From contig CAYFFG010000004.1 in NCBI GenBank assembly GCA_964342355.1, positions 154,975 through 218,974 on the forward strand: DNA of 64,000 nucleotides, in the 5' to 3' direction. This DNA is from an uncultured Hyphomonadaceae bacterium (GTDB taxonomy: Bacteria; Pseudomonadota; Alphaproteobacteria; Caulobacterales; Hyphomonadaceae). A program made the position numbers and the translations under genes. Below are positions 27,130-36,257 of the stretch, one piece after another. How positions within the stretch are numbered: position 1 is the first letter of the stretch; the number at the start of each line of letters is the position of its first letter. A model generated the notes under the pieces. It searched no databases and was not told where the DNA came from. It was given only the letters and a program-made list of their open reading frames with translations.

Positions 27130-27951
27130 ATGAATGATCCGATTTTACTAAGAGACCGCGTTGTCTTGCGCGTGACCGGTGAGGACGCCTCCAGCTTTCT
27201 GGAAGGCCTCATCACATCATCCATTGTGAATTTGCAAGCAGGCGAAGCAGGATACGGCGCCCTGTTGATGCCTCAGGGCAAGATCATCTGCGACATGATC
27301 GTGCTTAAACGCGACGACGGATTCTTGCTGGACGTGCCCGCCCAGGCAGATGAGTCACTGTTTAAGCGCCTGAAAATGTTTCGTCTGAAATCTAAGGTCG
27401 ATATCGAACTTGCAGACAATCTGCATGTCTATGTGAATGTCGAGGATGGTTTTGCCGACCCCAGATCGCCAGACATGCCCAAGCGCATAATCACAACACA
27501 AATGGATTGGGAGTTGGCGTCTGAGCGCCATTATCACTTAAAGCGCATTCAAGCGTGTGTTCCTGAACAGGGGTATGATTTTGGCGAAAACGAGGTTTTC
27601 CCATCTGACATCAATATGGACCTCCTTAACGGCGTAAACTTCAAAAAAGGATGCTTTGTCGGCCAGGAAGTTGTCTCACGCATGAAACGCCGCGGCACCA
27701 CCCGACGCCGCACGCTGGCTTTCCGATTTGAGCAAGGCGCGCCCGCACCTGCCAGCGCATTGATGGCGAATGACGTTCAGGTCGGCGAAATCTCATCTGT
27801 CCAGGACGAATATGCTCTTGCCCGCGTGCGTTTGGATCGTCTGATCAAAGCGCAGGAAGAAACGGATTTGAAGCTGACAGCCGAAAATCGCGACGCTGAC
27901 CTGATTGAACATGATTGGCTTGCAGAACAAATTGCGATCCTGCAAAGCTAA
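27130..27951 (+). CDS. ygfZ: Folate-binding Fe-S cluster repair protein YgfZ
   Basis: KKGCFVGQEVVSR signature; LLMPQGKI. Confidence 0.94.
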   Translation: MNDPILLRDRVVLRVTGEDASSFLEGLITSSIVNLQAGEAGYGALLMPQGKIICDMIVLKRDDGFLLDVPAQADESLFKRLKMFRLKSKVDIELADNLHVYVNVEDGFADPRSPDMPKRIITTQMDWELASERHYHLKRIQACVPEQGYDFGENEVFPSDINMDLLNGVNFKKGCFVGQEVVSRMKRRGTTRRRTLAFRFEQGAPAPASALMANDVQVGEISSVQDEYALARVRLDRLIKAQEETDLKLTAENRDADLIEHDWLAEQIAILQS

Positions 27952-27977
27952 TCAAAACGAATCAGGAACATCATACC

Positions 27978-28574
27978 ATGAGCAATGAAATTGATCCCAC
28001 AGAGCCGCCCTGTGGCTGGGCGCCATTGGGCGATGAGCTGTATCGCAGTTATCATGACCATGAATGGGGCGTTCCTGAACGCGATAGCCGCGCGCTGTGG
28101 GAAAAGTTCCAGCTAGACGGACATCAAGCAGGCCTCTCCTGGATTACAATTCTGCGCAAGCGAGAGACGATGCGGGATGAATTTGACGGTTTTAATCCTG
28201 AAAAAGTCGCACGCTGGGATGATAAACGCATTGAAAGAGCGATGCAGAACCCAGGCATTATCAGAAGTCCCAAGAAAATAGCAGCCACAATCAGTAACGC
28301 GCAGATCTATCTGGACATGCGCGACAAAGGCGAAGATTTTGCGCAATATCTCTGGAATTTTGTTGATGGCGTCCCGATACAAAATTCACTGGATCATTGG
28401 AAAAATGCGCCAGCCAAAACAGCGCTTTCAGAAACCATTGCAAAAGACATGAAAAAACGCGGTTTCAAGTTCTGCGGACCTGTTATTGTCTATGCGGCTA
28501 TGCAAGCAGTAGGCATGGTCAATGACCATGAAGTGCGCTGTCCCCGCCACGCACAGATAAAAGCGATGGGATAA
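27978..28574 (+). CDS. tag: DNA-3-methyladenine glycosylase I
   Basis: YHDHEWGVP, QAGLSWITILRKR, GFKFCGP, MQAVGMVNDH..C. Confidence 0.95.
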   Translation: MSNEIDPTEPPCGWAPLGDELYRSYHDHEWGVPERDSRALWEKFQLDGHQAGLSWITILRKRETMRDEFDGFNPEKVARWDDKRIERAMQNPGIIRSPKKIAATISNAQIYLDMRDKGEDFAQYLWNFVDGVPIQNSLDHWKNAPAKTALSETIAKDMKKRGFKFCGPVIVYAAMQAVGMVNDHEVRCPRHAQIKAMG

Positions 28575-28610
28575 CCTATTCGCCCAACCCAACAACAGGA
28601 GCCAACCTGA

Positions 28611-28802
28611 ATGTTGAAAGTCATATTATTCGCTATATCAGTTACCACCCTTTCGGCATGTGCGATTGGCAAAGAAGCTCACACCAATGCCGCACTTAAA
28701 GAATGCCGTCATGAAGTCGGCGTAGACGAACGTCGCGCATGCGAACAACAAGTGCGTGAAGAACGTCAGGCGCGAGACGAGAAAGAACGCTATTCCAAAT
28801 GA
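28611..28802 (+). CDS. Small lipoprotein (63 aa)
   Basis: AGGAG RBS, signal peptide II with lipobox LSAC, two additional Cys. Confidence 0.8.
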   Translation: MLKVILFAISVTTLSACAIGKEAHTNAALKECRHEVGVDERRACEQQVREERQARDEKERYSK

Positions 28803-29002
28803 AATTGAAAATCCTCATCTCATGCGCCGCTCTTGCCGTTACAGTCAGCGGATGCGCCACCAGCGCTTTGACTGAAGAACAAAAGAATGCCGCGATCGCA
28901 AAATGCTTCAAGGATTTTCAGAATTATCCGGCTGCGCGTGAAGCCTGCATCAATCGCGCGCGCACCGCAGACAAGAAACCAACCGAGGCGAACGCTTCCT
29001 GA
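28799..29002 (+). CDS. Small lipoprotein (67 aa)
   Basis: ATGA overlap with the previous gene, lipobox VSGC, two additional Cys. Confidence 0.8.
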   Translation: MKLKILISCAALAVTVSGCATSALTEEQKNAAIAKCFKDFQNYPAAREACINRARTADKKPTEANAS

Positions 29003-29012
29003 TCAACGAAAA

Positions 29013-29040
29013 ACGGGGTGGAGCAATTGCTCCACCCCGT
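29013..29040. terminator. Bidirectional terminator (perfect palindrome)
   Basis: ACGGGGTGGAGC-AATT-GCTCCACCCCGT. Confidence 0.8.
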
Positions 29041-29074
29041 AAATCACCCAAGTCGCCTTGAACGGGACTTTTTA

Positions 29075-29224
29075 CTATTCAAAAGACTCATCACCAAAGA
29101 TATCGCCCCAAAGAGCGTGATGACTTGCCTTGTATGCCGCCACACAACCTGCAAAAATTGCAGCACCGAGAACAATCCACAGCACGACTGGTTGCTGAGC
29201 AGCTTCCACCATCTTTTCGATCAT
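29075..29224 (-). CDS. Small single-pass membrane protein (49 aa)
   Basis: Hand translation MIEKMVEAAQQPVVLWIVLGAAIFAGCVAAYKASHHALWGDIFGDESFE; GAGAG upstream; terminator downstream; not in ORF track. Confidence 0.65.
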   Translation of the reverse strand: MIEKMVEAAQQPVVLWIVLGAAIFAGCVAAYKASHHALWGDIFGDESFE

Positions 29225-29403
29225 TATTAGTCTCTCTCTTTCGGAGTGGAGACAGTATGCTCTGATCCCTTTAAAAAACTCTGAGTCAAAGAGAGAAAGA
29301 GGTAAAAATATCGAACATTTTCATTAACCAAAAAGGCGCTAATCGCCCTTCAATCAGCATCCCTTAACAAACCCTCTCACAACACGGTTTATTTTTTGCC
29401 TGA

Positions 29404-30027
29404 ATGTCCAAAACACCGTTAAAATCATCAAACGCACCGCGCGTCTGGCAGCGAATGTTATCAGGACGCAGACTTGACCTGGTCAATCCATCACCTCTTG
29501 ATATCGAGATTGAAGACATAGCGCATGGCCTTGCTCGGGTTGCGCGCTGGAATGGACAGACGTCAGGCGATTATGTTTTTTCAGTCGCTCAACACTGCGT
29601 CATCGTTGAATTTATTTGTCAGCATACCGCGCCTCGACTTAGCCCCGCTGAAAAGCTGATGGCGCTTTTGCATGATGCGCCAGAATATGTTGTCGGCGAT
29701 ATGATATCTCCCTTTAAAGCTGTCTTGGGAGACGGGTATCGCGATATAGAAAACCGTTTAGAAACAGCTATTCACATGCGGTTTGGCTTGCCGTCCAAGA
29801 CACCGGCAAAATTAAAAAAAATCATCAAACGGGCTGACTTGATTTGCGCATATTATGAAGCAGTCATGCTTGCAGGGTTTTCCTCTGAGGAAGCGGAAAA
29901 ACTATTTGGCGCGCCGCCAACGGGCGTTGAAGTGCATGTGACGCCACTGGATACGCCACATGCACAACAAGTCTTCCTTGATCGTTTCTTCCAACTGCTA
30001 CATGAGTTGGATCAGGCCAACACCTAA
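29404..30027 (+). CDS. HD-domain hydrolase (YfbR-like 5'-deoxynucleotidase)
   Basis: DIAHGLARVARWNGQT, SVAQH, LLHDAPEY..GD, KRAD. Confidence 0.92.
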   Translation: MSKTPLKSSNAPRVWQRMLSGRRLDLVNPSPLDIEIEDIAHGLARVARWNGQTSGDYVFSVAQHCVIVEFICQHTAPRLSPAEKLMALLHDAPEYVVGDMISPFKAVLGDGYRDIENRLETAIHMRFGLPSKTPAKLKKIIKRADLICAYYEAVMLAGFSSEEAEKLFGAPPTGVEVHVTPLDTPHAQQVFLDRFFQLLHELDQANT

Positions 30028-30039
30028 CGGAGTCGTCTG

Positions 30040-30576
30040 ATGCCTATCTGGGTCTCCTCGCTGTCCAGTGTTCACCACGTCGCACAATTGCGTCGTCCGG
30101 ACAAAATTCTCTCTCTGCTCGCGCCAGAGGATGAATTTCCGGTGTTTGAAGGCGTGGCGAACGATGCGCATACCCGCATTGGGGTGGATGATATCTTTCA
30201 TAAAGACGATCCAGAATTAACTTCTCCAAACGAAGCCCATGTGCATGAAATCATTCGGTTTGCTGACGGTTGGAACCGCGCAAACTGCCTGGTTATTCAT
30301 TGTTGGGCCGGTATCAGCCGCTCATCCGCTTCAGCTTTCATTTCGGCATGCGTGCTCAATCCGCGCACAGACGAACATGATATCGCCGAGGCTATCCGCG
30401 CCGCCTCACCAGTCGCCAAACCCAACCGGCTATTTGTCGAGATTGCAGACGATATCCTTGGTCGTCGTGGGCGTATGGTCGAAGCTTTGAATGAAATTGG
30501 CGAAGGCGCATTTGCTGAGATCAACACACCGTTTGTCATCCCCAGCCAATTTGACGCGAAGGGCGGTCATATTTGA
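30040..30576 (+). CDS. Protein-tyrosine-phosphatase-like protein
   Basis: HCWAGISRS (CX5R) P-loop; PNRLFV. Confidence 0.9.
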   Translation: MPIWVSSLSSVHHVAQLRRPDKILSLLAPEDEFPVFEGVANDAHTRIGVDDIFHKDDPELTSPNEAHVHEIIRFADGWNRANCLVIHCWAGISRSSASAFISACVLNPRTDEHDIAEAIRAASPVAKPNRLFVEIADDILGRRGRMVEALNEIGEGAFAEINTPFVIPSQFDAKGGHI

Positions 30577-31532
30577 GCAATAAAACCGCCATCACTGTGG
30601 GCCTGTCCGCCGTGATCGTCGCGGTGGATGAAGATGCGCCCTACGCCCTTGTGACGCGCCATAATGAGGAAGCGTCCAGCCTGCCTTTTGGTCCTTTTGA
30701 TCCGGTCGGTCACAGAACAATGGAACTCGGCCTGAGAGACTGGGTGCGCGCGCAAACCGGCTTTGAGCCCGGCTATGTCGAACAACTTTACACCTTCGCC
30801 GACAAGGGCCGCGAACTGCCTCGCGCAGACATGGCGGATGCGCCTGACAACGCCCGCATCATATCCGTTGGATATCTTGGCTTAACGTCCGAACGCACCC
30901 CCATTGGCGGCGCATTTAACGCGGTCTGGCGCGACTGGTATCGTTATTTCCCATGGGAAGACCACCGCAAAGGCCCGCCTGCCATCATCGAAAAAGACAT
31001 TGCGCCCGCACTCAGAGACTGGGCGGATGGACATGCCGAACGTCTGGATCGCGCACGTTTAGGTTTCGGACTGGACGGACGCCCCTGGATCGAAGAACGC
31101 GTCCTTGAGCGCTATGAACTGCTTTATGAAGCTGGCTTGGTCTTCGAAGCCATTCGCGATCGGCAGAGCAGCGCGCCTTGTGCTTATGCGCCAGTACGCA
31201 GCGAAGCAATGGCCTCAGATCACCGCCGTATTCTAGCCACCGCCATGTCGCGCCTGCGTGGCAAAATTAAATACCGCCCGGTGGTCTTTGAGCTTACGCC
31301 TGAGAAATTCACTCTGTTTGACCTGCAACAGATCGTGGAATCCATTCTCGGCCTTAAACTCCACAAGCAGAATTTCCGCCGCGCGATTGAAAAATCAAAG
31401 CTGGTTGAAGGTTTAGGCGCATTCGCCACCGGCACAGGCGGGCGCCCTGCTGAGCTCTTCCGTTTCCGCCACGAAACGCTGCGCACGCGCGTTGCGCTCG
31501 GTGTGTCCGCTCCAGTCAAGCGACAGGACTAA
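30573..31532 (+). CDS. nrtR: Nudix-related NAD transcriptional regulator
   Basis: YVEQLYTF, DHRRIL, LRGKIKY, FTLFDLQ, LHKQNFRR, GGRPAELFRF; upstream of nadABC. Confidence 0.9.
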   Translation: MSNKTAITVGLSAVIVAVDEDAPYALVTRHNEEASSLPFGPFDPVGHRTMELGLRDWVRAQTGFEPGYVEQLYTFADKGRELPRADMADAPDNARIISVGYLGLTSERTPIGGAFNAVWRDWYRYFPWEDHRKGPPAIIEKDIAPALRDWADGHAERLDRARLGFGLDGRPWIEERVLERYELLYEAGLVFEAIRDRQSSAPCAYAPVRSEAMASDHRRILATAMSRLRGKIKYRPVVFELTPEKFTLFDLQQIVESILGLKLHKQNFRRAIEKSKLVEGLGAFATGTGGRPAELFRFRHETLRTRVALGVSAPVKRQD

Positions 31533-31598
31533 AACCTAACATGGAATGATTTTTGCCTCGTTTCGCTCAATGACCTTTGAGCAGATGGCAAATTCACC

Positions 31599-32687
31599 AT
31601 GAACCAGCTTTCCAGCCTCCAGCTAGTCCGCGCAATCGCCGCTATCATGGTGGTGGTGTTTCACATCAACATCTTCATTCTGCCGGCCAGACTATATGAT
31701 GGCGACAACGCGTTCCGGTTCTTGAATATCGGCTATTCTGGGGTGGAGTTCTTCTTCGCCTTATCAGGCTTCATCATGGTCTATATCCACCAAAAGGATT
31801 TCAACCACGCTGAGCGTCTGCACAATTTCATGAAAAAGCGGGTGATCCGCCTCGTGCCGCTCTATTGGCTGATATTGGGCGCACTCGTCATCGCTTCAGC
31901 GTTAGTGCCTACCATCGGACCAGAACAAAAGCCCGACTTTCTGGAGCTGACCCAAAACTTCCTGCTTGCGCCAAGCGAAAAGACTATGCTGCTAGAGGTC
32001 GCCTGGACCTTGCGCCATGAAGTCTTGTTTTATGCCGTCTTTGGTCTTTTGATTTACAGCGCTCAGATCGGGCGTACGGTCATGACTTTTTGGTTTGTGG
32101 GCTGTGCGACCGCGCTGCTTTTCGCCGACATGCCATTTCCGGCGTCTTTCCTGTTTTCCGCCTACAATCTGATTTTCCTTGCCGGCATGCTCGCTGCAAA
32201 ATTCTGGAATCAATTAAGTCCTAAAGCTGCTGTAACCTGCGTCGCAGGGGGGCTTGTGTTCTTCATCGCCATTGTCGCCGGAGAACTTTACCGCGTTCTG
32301 CCAATCGCTGAGAACTGGCGCACTGTGGGCCTGGGTGTTGGCGCAGCCACAACAATTGCTGGTCTTGTCGCGATGGAAAGCCACGGCATGTTTAAGTCTC
32401 CACGCGTTTTATCTTTGGTTGGGGACAGCTCCTATGCGCTCTACCTCATCCACTTGCCTGTGCTCACAGCAACAGCTCCGATCATTGCCAAACTCGGCTT
32501 AAACCAGTTACTGCCACCTCAAATCATGGTCGTGCTTCTCGCAATCGGCTGTGTCGTAGCCGGACTGATTACGCACTTCATCATCGAGAAACCGCTGATG
32601 CGCGCCTCTGGTCGCCTAGCAGAGAAATACGCGCCGCGTACGTCGTCAGCATCCGCCAAATCCAGCGAAAACAAGTTCTCGTCTTAA
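31599..32687 (+). CDS. Acyltransferase family 3 (OafA-like)
   Basis: LQLVRAIAAIMVVVFH, GVEFFFALSGFIM, RVIRLVPLYW, AWTL.HE, GDSSYALYLIH, IEKP. Confidence 0.92.
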   Translation: MNQLSSLQLVRAIAAIMVVVFHINIFILPARLYDGDNAFRFLNIGYSGVEFFFALSGFIMVYIHQKDFNHAERLHNFMKKRVIRLVPLYWLILGALVIASALVPTIGPEQKPDFLELTQNFLLAPSEKTMLLEVAWTLRHEVLFYAVFGLLIYSAQIGRTVMTFWFVGCATALLFADMPFPASFLFSAYNLIFLAGMLAAKFWNQLSPKAAVTCVAGGLVFFIAIVAGELYRVLPIAENWRTVGLGVGAATTIAGLVAMESHGMFKSPRVLSLVGDSSYALYLIHLPVLTATAPIIAKLGLNQLLPPQIMVVLLAIGCVVAGLITHFIIEKPLMRASGRLAEKYAPRTSSASAKSSENKFSS

Positions 32688-32781
32688 AACGAAACAAATC
32701 CAGCTTTCCGCGATAAATTCGTCCGGAATTGTCACAAATTCGAAAAATTCCTTGCGTTTTCGAGTCGTTCACTGTATTTCC

Positions 32782-32806
32782 ACTTATGCTCAGGGTGGGC
32801 ATAAGT
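32782..32806. promoter_or_regulatory. NrtR operator 1
   Basis: ACTTATGCTCA-GGG-TGGGCATAAGT near-palindrome upstream of nadA. Confidence 0.75.
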
Positions 32807-32874
32807 AATTATTCGGCGTGTTTTTTCCCGAAATTTAGGGCGAATGGTTGAATAAGCTTGATTGCATACCCATA

Positions 32875-32895
32875 TAATACTCAGATTGAGCAAAA
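32875..32895. promoter_or_regulatory. NrtR operator 2
   Basis: TAATACTCA-GAT-TGAGCAAAA, same CTCA-N3-TGAG core, overlapping TATAAT at 32873. Confidence 0.7.
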
Positions 32896-32935
32896 GGTGT
32901 GAGTAACACTCACGGCTCGGAAGGAGGGCTTTAAA

Positions 32936-34087
32936 ATGGCTCGTATTATTGATGCAGGACCTGTGTGTGAGGTTCCTAACGGTTTAGACGCTCGTATGCC
33001 TGACCCATCACAAGCGCGTGGGCTGGAATACAATGACGAGGTTAAAGCCGCCGTCGACCACCTTTATGAGGACGTGAAAGAGTTTGTGACTCCAATGGAG
33101 TGGCCAACGATTGCGCCGCTGATCCACGCGATCAACAAACTCAAGCAAGAAAAAGACGCTGTTGTGCTCGCGCACAACTACATGACGCCAGACATTTTCC
33201 GTCTTGTTGGCGACTTCCGCGGCGACAGCCTTCAGCTGGCGCGCGAAGCAGCAGCCGTAGATCAGAAAGTCATCGTCCAGGCGGGCGTGCACTTTATGGC
33301 GGAAACATCTAAAATCCTTGCGCCAGAAAAGACAGTCCTGATCCCGGACCTGCGCGCAGGATGTTCCCTCGCCTCTTCCATCACAGGGGAAGATATCCGC
33401 CTTGTGAAAGAGAAATACCCAGGCATTCCTGTGGTCACTTACGTCAACACAACAGCTGACGTGAAAGCTGAGACAGACATTTGCTGCACCTCCTCTAACG
33501 CCGTTCAGGTTGTTGAACAGGCTGCAAAGGATTGGGGCACAGACACAGTCATCCTGATGCCGGACCAGTATCTGGCGCGCAACGTTGCCGCCAATACTGA
33601 CATCAAGATCATCACCTGGGCCGGCGCATGTGAAGTGCACGAGCTCTTCACCGGTGACGACGTGAAAGACCTGCGCGAGGCGCACCCTGGCGTTATGATC
33701 CTGGCGCACCCTGAGTGTCCGCCGGATGTGCTGGAAGAATCTGACTTTGCTGGCTCAACGTCTGCGCTCGCCAACTATGTTAAGCAAAACAACCCGAACA
33801 AGGTTGTTCTGCTGACAGAATGCTCCATGAGCGACAATGTGGCGGCGGAAAACCCTGACGTGGAATTTGTCAAACCATGTAACCTCTGCCCGCACATGAA
33901 GCGTATCACTGCTGAAAACATCTATGACTGCCTTGTCAGCATGAAGCATGAGGTCAAAATCGACGAGGATGTCCGCATCCGCGCGAAAAAAGCGATCGAC
34001 GCGATGCTGGCGCTGCCAAAGATGGAAACACCGCCAGACTTCAAGACTGGTCTTGCGCCGGTCAATATCGAAGTTCTGTCTCGGTAA
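32936..34087 (+). CDS. nadA: Quinolinate synthase
   Basis: LAHNYM, GDSLQL, GVHFMAET, AGCSL, YVNT, CCTSSNA, AHPEC, CPHMKRIT. Confidence 0.96.
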   Translation: MARIIDAGPVCEVPNGLDARMPDPSQARGLEYNDEVKAAVDHLYEDVKEFVTPMEWPTIAPLIHAINKLKQEKDAVVLAHNYMTPDIFRLVGDFRGDSLQLAREAAAVDQKVIVQAGVHFMAETSKILAPEKTVLIPDLRAGCSLASSITGEDIRLVKEKYPGIPVVTYVNTTADVKAETDICCTSSNAVQVVEQAAKDWGTDTVILMPDQYLARNVAANTDIKIITWAGACEVHELFTGDDVKDLREAHPGVMILAHPECPPDVLEESDFAGSTSALANYVKQNNPNKVVLLTECSMSDNVAAENPDVEFVKPCNLCPHMKRITAENIYDCLVSMKHEVKIDEDVRIRAKKAIDAMLALPKMETPPDFKTGLAPVNIEVLSR

Positions 34088-34197
34088 GATCCACGACTTT
34101 GAACATGGCGAGGGTTTGGCGCGTCAGCGCCATATTAAGGCCCCCATCGCTTTGCAGCTTATGTGGGCGCGCCATGTTCAGGTCCTGGAGATTCGTT

Positions 34198-34641
34198 ATG
34201 CAAACTTTCGTCCGCACGTTCCTTTCCGCTGCATTCGCCGCATCGGCGCTGACATTCGCCGCCAATGCGCAGTCGAACATCACAGGTAATTGGACGTTTG
34301 AAACGGGTCAGTACAATCGCGGTCAGTGCACCATCACTGGCTTCATGACGATCTGGCCAGACGAAGAAGCAAACCGCTACACTTGCAGTTTCACCACTTT
34401 TGAAGATTGCGGCGTCGTCTCCGCTGAAGTTGAACAATCCTGCGTGGCGCGCGTTGAAGGTGACCAGGCGGCGTTTGTCTCCAAAATCGTCAAGTTTCAC
34501 CGCCAGGAGCCTGGACCATACGGATATGCTCCCGACGACTGGCTTTTAACAATCCATTCCTCTGACGAAATGGTCGGCACGCTGGAAAGCGCAACCAACG
34601 CCAACGTCATCTTCCGACGTCAAAGCGCGCCGGTCTCTTAA
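34198..34641 (+). CDS. Hypothetical exported protein within the nad operon
   Basis: GGAG RBS; signal peptide MQTFVRTFLSAAFAASALTFAANAQ; 4 Cys; beta-rich. Confidence 0.8.
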   Translation: MQTFVRTFLSAAFAASALTFAANAQSNITGNWTFETGQYNRGQCTITGFMTIWPDEEANRYTCSFTTFEDCGVVSAEVEQSCVARVEGDQAAFVSKIVKFHRQEPGPYGYAPDDWLLTIHSSDEMVGTLESATNANVIFRRQSAPVS

Positions 34642-34653
34642 AGAACAAGCTAA

Positions 34654-36213
34654 ATGGCTGAAAACACGATAAATGACCGTGACATTCTGATTGTCGGCGC
34701 AGGCCTGGCGGGACTGTTTCTCGCGCTCAAACTGGCGCCGCGTAAATGCACTGTCATTTCGCCAGCCCCACTGGGCGAAGCGGCGTCCTCAGCCTGGGCG
34801 CAGGGCGGACTTGCCGCAGCGCTTCATCCGGCCGACAGCCCGGAACTGCACGCCAAAGACACGCTTGCTGCTGGCGCAGGCATTGTGGAGCCTGTCGTCG
34901 CCAGCCTGATCGCTCAGAACGGCCCAGATCGCGTGCGCGACCTTCTTGCTTTAGGTGTCCCGTTTGACCGCACAGAGAATGGCGCGCTGGCTTTATCGCT
35001 GGAAGCTGCGCACTCCCACCCTCGTGTTGCGCGTGTCGCCGGTGATCTTGCCGGAAAAGCCATAATGCAGGCGCTAGTTTCTGCTGTGCGCGCCTCAGAC
35101 CACATCACCGTCCTTGAGGGCGTCAAGGCGCTTGCTTTGCTACAGGACGACAATGGCGTCGTAGGCGGCATTCTGGCTGAATATGTCGACACACGCGCAC
35201 AATTTGAAATGCGCGCCCGCGAGACCGTCATGTGCGCCGGCGGCAGCGGCGGGCTATATGATGTCACCACTAATCCGCGCTCATCACGCGGCGACGCCAT
35301 CGCCATGGCATATGAATGCGGTGCGCTGATCGCTGACCCTGAATTTGTGCAATTTCACCCCACTGCGATCGACATCAATAAAGACCCGGCTCCGCTAGCT
35401 ACCGAAGCGCTGCGCGGCGAAGGCGCCGTCCTGCGTAATCGTGACGGGCGATTGTTCATGGCGGATTATCATGAGAAAGGCGAACTTGCCCCGCGTGACG
35501 AGGTCGCCCGCGCCATTCACGCAGAGCGCCTCTCTGGTCGCGGCGCCATGCTGGACGCCACAAAAGCGGTCGGCGAAGAATTTCCCAATCATTTTCCGAC
35601 AGTTTTCAACGCTTGTATGAGTGCAGGCATTGATCCGCGCACCGAACTTATCCCTATCGCACCCGCCGCGCACTATCATATGGGCGGTGTCGTCTCTGAT
35701 ATTTGGGGACGCACAACGCTGAAAGGCTTGTCTGTGTGTGGAGAAAGTTCTTCGACAGGCGCACACGGCGCAAACCGTTTAGCATCCAACTCATTATTAG
35801 AAGCCGTTGTTTTTGCAGATAAAATTGCAAACCGCCTACGTGAAAGCGAGCTAAACACCACCGGAACACCAACCGGAACAGCCCCCCTAACACTACCAGA
35901 ACACCACCTGGAACACTTACGGCGCCTTATGGGGCGCCATGCTGGGGTGTCGCGCAACCATGAGGGGCTGAGCGAATTGCTGACCTGGATTGACGAAGCC
36001 ATCAGCCAATTTGGCCATGCGCGCGGTCTGATTGCCGCACGTATGATCGCAGCTGGCGCACTGGCGCGTCATGAAAGCCGCGGCGGTCATTTCCGCAGTG
36101 ATTACCCCGAGGCGCTACCGCCTGCCCGCACTTTCGTTCACATCGGGCCTTCCGGTCAGATGGTCGTGAATCTTCAGCCTCTGCGTATTGATGCAGACCT
36201 TCCCGCCGCCTAA
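34654..36213 (+). CDS. nadB: L-aspartate oxidase
   Basis: GAGLAGL, SSAWAQGG, LEAAHS, EFVQFHPT, EALRGEG, AHYHMGGV, GANRLASNSLLE, ESRGGH. Confidence 0.96.
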   Translation: MAENTINDRDILIVGAGLAGLFLALKLAPRKCTVISPAPLGEAASSAWAQGGLAAALHPADSPELHAKDTLAAGAGIVEPVVASLIAQNGPDRVRDLLALGVPFDRTENGALALSLEAAHSHPRVARVAGDLAGKAIMQALVSAVRASDHITVLEGVKALALLQDDNGVVGGILAEYVDTRAQFEMRARETVMCAGGSGGLYDVTTNPRSSRGDAIAMAYECGALIADPEFVQFHPTAIDINKDPAPLATEALRGEGAVLRNRDGRLFMADYHEKGELAPRDEVARAIHAERLSGRGAMLDATKAVGEEFPNHFPTVFNACMSAGIDPRTELIPIAPAAHYHMGGVVSDIWGRTTLKGLSVCGESSSTGAHGANRLASNSLLEAVVFADKIANRLRESELNTTGTPTGTAPLTLPEHHLEHLRRLMGRHAGVSRNHEGLSELLTWIDEAISQFGHARGLIAARMIAAGALARHESRGGHFRSDYPEALPPARTFVHIGPSGQMVVNLQPLRIDADLPAA

Positions 36214-36257
36214 TACAATCTGGCCGCCGCAAACTCTTTTTTGAAAGCCCTGCGCCC

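Noticed and set aside
33008-33709. 233-aa minus-strand ORF
   Set aside because: Antisense shadow of nadA
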